Positions 60,061-64,000 of a stretch of 64,000 bases of DNA are shown here, piece after piece. The position numbers were made by a program, and so were the translations under genes. Location of the stretch: contig JBHGNT010000001.1 of NCBI GenBank assembly GCA_043228905.1, positions 24,242,001 through 24,306,000 on the forward strand. Reading direction: 5' to 3'. Within the stretch, counting starts at the first letter, position 1. Each line of letters begins with the position of its first letter. The notes beneath the pieces were generated by a model that saw nothing but the letters and a program-made list of their open reading frames with translations, made no database searches and was not told where the DNA came from. The DNA is from Azolla caroliniana. Its lineage: Eukaryota > Plantae > Polypodiophyta.

Positions 60061-62026
60061 ACATCCTCTAATTGGCCCAAGACATCAAATCTATTCTCAT
60101 GGCATGGGTTATTAGGCTTAGTAGTTAAGTTATTAGAAGTGATAGTAGAACTCATGGTAGGGTTGTCATGTGCACTTACTTGGTAAACTTGTCGTCTGGG
60201 TTTATGTGGACAATTCACAGAAATATGTCCTGGACCACCACAATAGAGGCATAGGCGATGCGCCCGACGTCGTTGTTTCTCAGCATCTGATAAAGGCCCT
60301 CGACTTTGTGTTGACTCTATTTCCATCGGAGTGGGACCATCCCTCGTAACGGGTCTGGGAACTTGTGGCGGTGTTGCGACTATTGAAGCATACGTCTGTT
60401 CTGGTTGATGGCGTAGCATTTGTTGATGTTCAGAACGTCGCTCAAATAGGTGATTATCACATCGCACAGCTCGACTAATGGCCTCTGTAAGAGACTTTGG
60501 ACCTTCATGGAAAGTAAGAAGAAGATCTTTGACATCGTTACGCAAACCTTGACGGAATTGATCCATTAAGGTTGCCTCATCCCAAGGGATGTCACATGCC
60601 AAGAGACAGAAATCTGTTGCGTAGGCCGAAGCGGGACGATCTCCTTGTCGAAGTCTTCGAATCTTATTTATTGCCGTTCTAGTGCTATTTGTGTCTCCAA
60701 AACTAGCTTGAAACTCTTTAACGAATGCCTCGAAATCCTCCAATAATGGTGATTTCTTCTCTAGAAGTGGTGCAAACCATGCTAATGCGGTACCGCTTAG
60801 AAAGGTTCCTATTAATCCCACACGAGCAGTGTCAGTTGGGTACTGATTGGGATGTAACTGAATCACCAAATGGACTTGATTCAGGAAACCTCGAAACAAA
60901 TATCAGGTACCATCAAACTTGGCAGGGAGGCTAATCTTTGGTTCCCTTGGGGAGTTTTGAACCCCTACCGCTTGTTCTCGTAATGTTAATATAGTAGCCT
61001 CGAGTTGATGAACCCATTGTGATAACTCCTCATATTGATGAGCTTTCTCGGTACTCACTTGTTGTAAATCCCCGAGTAGCCTATGATTTTCTTGCTCTAA
61101 TGCCACAAACTTAGTTGTGAGAATGTCGAGCTCAGAAAGGACACACATATACTCTTGCTTGCTGACGGATTCCATAACTGAGGGAGAAAAAGAAAGAAGG
61201 GAAAAGAAGAAAGCTTGCTAGGGTTATTGGAAAAGGAAACAGAAATATTTGGTTCAAACTGTCGAGACTCGTGGGTAGAAGATAGAGTGAGAGTCAGAGC
61301 GAGAGCGAAAGAGAGAGGGTGTGTGTGTGTGCGTGAGAGAGAGAGAGAGAGTGAGAGAGAGAGTGAGAGATAGTGAGAGAGATAAGACTTGAAATAGAAA
61401 TGAGATTATATTATGATGAAACAAGATTACAATGAGTAGGCTAAGGGCTAAAGACTAATGTTGAACTGAATGAGTTGAAATGAATGTATGGACAGTTATT
61501 TATAGGTCCTTATGGAGTATTCTAGAATGTTCTAGAATATTTTAGATTTTATGATAAGAAATATAATCATGAAATATTAAAGGATGTTCTAGAATATTCT
61601 AATATCTTGTAATAACTAGAAACATAATTATTATAATCACACAACATATATGTTATTACAATGGTTAAGGGTTCAACACATAGACCAAGAAGTCGTGGGT
61701 TCGATTCTTGATAACCAAAATGTTGTCTTCATGACATTGGGTGCTCAAGCACAATTGTTGTAGATAGAAGGTGCAACCAATGCACAGATCACTGATTTAC
61801 GGAAGGCATTGGCGGAAGCACAGATCAGGATGACTATGGGCGAGGAAAAAATACGCACAATATTAAAACGCCACAAACTCAACACTTTGAAAATGGTCAC
61901 TGAGTCAATGGATAAAGGCTGGAAGACCTGGTCGGCACAAGCAATAGAACTTCAACTTCTACAAGCCGACAGGGACAACCGGAAGGCACAAGGACAAGGT
62001 TTCTTCAAGATGACGGAAGAAGCAAT

Positions 62027-62496
62027 TGTTACCGATTAGGAACACTGTATATGCTCAGTCCTTCGACATAGACCTCAAGGTGACTGTGTTAAAAGGAATG
62101 GAACTGTCATACCATAAATCGTAATGGGATACTCCCTCGCATCCTAGTAGCGTATAAGGGAGACGGCTACAACCGAACTCCTTAGGAAGTGAACTAGTAT
62201 CCGCACTTGCGCCTACACCCTTACGATTAATCAGTACACAACAGAGAAACAAAGAACGCAGCAAATACAACCACAGATATGCACAGAGGTCAGAGAAGAT
62301 AGTATTCTATTAGGAAAAACGTTCTATGCACCAAAATTACACACTACCTCTTACAGAGGATTTCTACCCTTTATATACACAAGGCTTTTAGCCGTTCACG
62401 TTTCCCGCGTGAACCATTACATGCGTTTCTTAACACTTTACTATATTATAATGCTTCTGGGCTTCTGTCCGTCGGTTACTATTCCGGCGGACAACA
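62027..62496 (-). mobile_element. Solo LTR (470 bp), same family as 39503-39942
   Basis: TGTT...AACA ends; TSD gcaat/acaat; colinear similarity to the 39.5-kb copy. Confidence 0.85.
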
Positions 62497-63378
62497 ACAA
62501 TATCAACTGTTCAAGAAGATATTGCTAAAGACTTGTTTGACATGGTAGCTTATGACCGCGAAGAAATTGGTCGACTCATGCAGGAGTTCGATAAACATGA
62601 CATGGACACAACTGTTCAGTTAGACGCCTTTGAAGCCGAATGACAAAGCTAGAGTCTAGGGCTTGGTACACTAGAGCCAGTTGCACCACCACCACCACAA
62701 CCATCGATCGAGGATACACAACAACCTGCGGATCCAGACAACGACGACACGGAGAGCCAACAACACGAACCTTCCCTGTTTGATTTTTTGCAGGACGACC
62801 CTGAAGATGAATGGGAAGAGCACCTTCCTTCCGCATAGAGTGGTACCGTGGGTTCGCCGAGCAATACCCTGGCCCACGGGCGTGCCATGTGTTACCCGGA
62901 CAAAGAGGGTGGACAAACATAGTGGGGAAGCATCCGAATCGCAGTCAAAGTCGAAGTCAAATCGATGAAGAGTATCAATGAGTCTTCATTTTGGCTAAAT
63001 AATAATTAATACCGAAAAGTATAGTTAGTTACAAGTTTTGTAGTTCTTACCGATAGGGCAATATGTATTTCTTGATGAGGAAGTCATTGGGGTTGCCTAT
63101 AAAAAGGAACTTAAGACATTGTAAAATCTATTGTTTTAGTTTTAGTAATATAAGTTTAGTTGTAGGAATTCTCGGTGTGCAGCTGTTTATCTTTTTATGT
63201 ATTTAATCTATTTGGCTACAACTGTATTACGTAGGTAATGATCTCGATGTCTATGTAACATCGATAAGACTACAATAACTTAATATCTATTCACACAACC
63301 ACAATTCTTTGATAGAACGTTCAATACGAACGTTCGAACACTGCTGTGTTGGCGACTGAGTCAGCTGTTGACCGAACA

Positions 63379-64000
63379 ATATTTGCCCAAGCTCATCAAA
63401 TATCCCTAAGAAAACTCCCTTGTCTAGCCTCTGAAGTAGTCATTGATGGTCGTCACATTGCTTTCGGAAATATCATAGAAGAGTCGAAGCCGGTTAATAT
63501 TGTCCTAGATAATTTAGTGTGTGAAGTATCATTCAATATAATTAGTAGCCCAGAACATCCCATTGTTTTGGGGTTACGATGGTTCGAATTACATAACCTA
63601 GACATAGATTGGAGAACAAGAGAAATCCAGTATCGACAAACCCAATGATCTATTCATAAGAATGCAACCATTTCGCTACATCAATTGCATGAGGAAGGAT
63701 GCAAGGAAGCAATGTTTATCTTCGCAATATTAGTAAAACCTTCCAACACCACTAAAGAGGAGTCCACAGTTCAACTTGCAGAGACGTATTGTCATTATGT
63801 CGATGTGTTCGATAAAGGTACAACCCAATACACTTCCTCACTATCGACCATATGACTGCCCCATTGATTTACAACCGGGAACAAAGCCACCATGGGGACC
63901 AATCTATAATTTTACACCAACCGAACTAGAAGTCCTTCGAGCCTATATAGAGGAGAACCTGGCAAACGGTTTCATTCGACATTCAAAATCTCCAGTTGGC
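63379..64000 (+). mobile_element. Tcn1-like gypsy copy C: protease C-terminal half to RT start, running off the window
   Basis: VIDGR, VLGLRWFELHNLDIDW, YDCPIDLQPG..PPWGPIY, FIRHSKSP motifs; homologous to copies A and B. Confidence 0.85.

Larger units (their letters stand above)
57887..61736 (-). mobile_element. Ty3/gypsy chromovirus (Tcn1-like) copy B: 5' LTR 61260-61736, gag, PR, RT; truncated at the end of RT
   Basis: Gag at 60048-61175 with CLYCGGPGHISVNC; PR ALLDFGANS (mutated DSG); [25 protein letters not shown]; LTR TGTCATG...CTCGACA on the minus strand. Confidence 0.9.

Overview
Eukaryotic nuclear DNA from a land plant, most likely a non-seed plant such as a fern (inferred from Tcn1-type chromoviruses, RTEX-like LINEs and a spliced pectin methylesterase). 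No prokaryotic features are present. I can support only one intact host gene: a 5-exon, 400-aa pectin methylesterase without a PMEI domain (29528-32159, +). The rest is a dense nest of transposable elements. These include a full-length L1 LINE with a 17-bp TSD, four RTE/RTEX-like LINE fragments, three Tcn1-like and two non-chromoviral Ty3/gypsy pieces, three nested Ty1/copia elements, several solo LTRs, and a TIR DNA element containing a 1.45-kb foldback. The most interesting signals are: (i) tRNA-like A-box/B-box Pol III cassettes lying antisense in the U3 of LTRs from two gypsy lineages; (ii) a -1 frameshift signal (GUUAAAC, 7-nt spacer, H-type pseudoknot) and a possible self-priming PBS in a Tcn1-like element; (iii) RTEX-like LINEs whose ends repeatedly sit in (GA)n microsatellites; (iv) an atypical TIR element with (A)ACAC termini; and (v) an unclassified element at the window start with a protease-like ORF, a duplicated Trp-rich domain and a 33-bp hairpin array. 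All family assignments come from motif recognition by eye, not from database searches.
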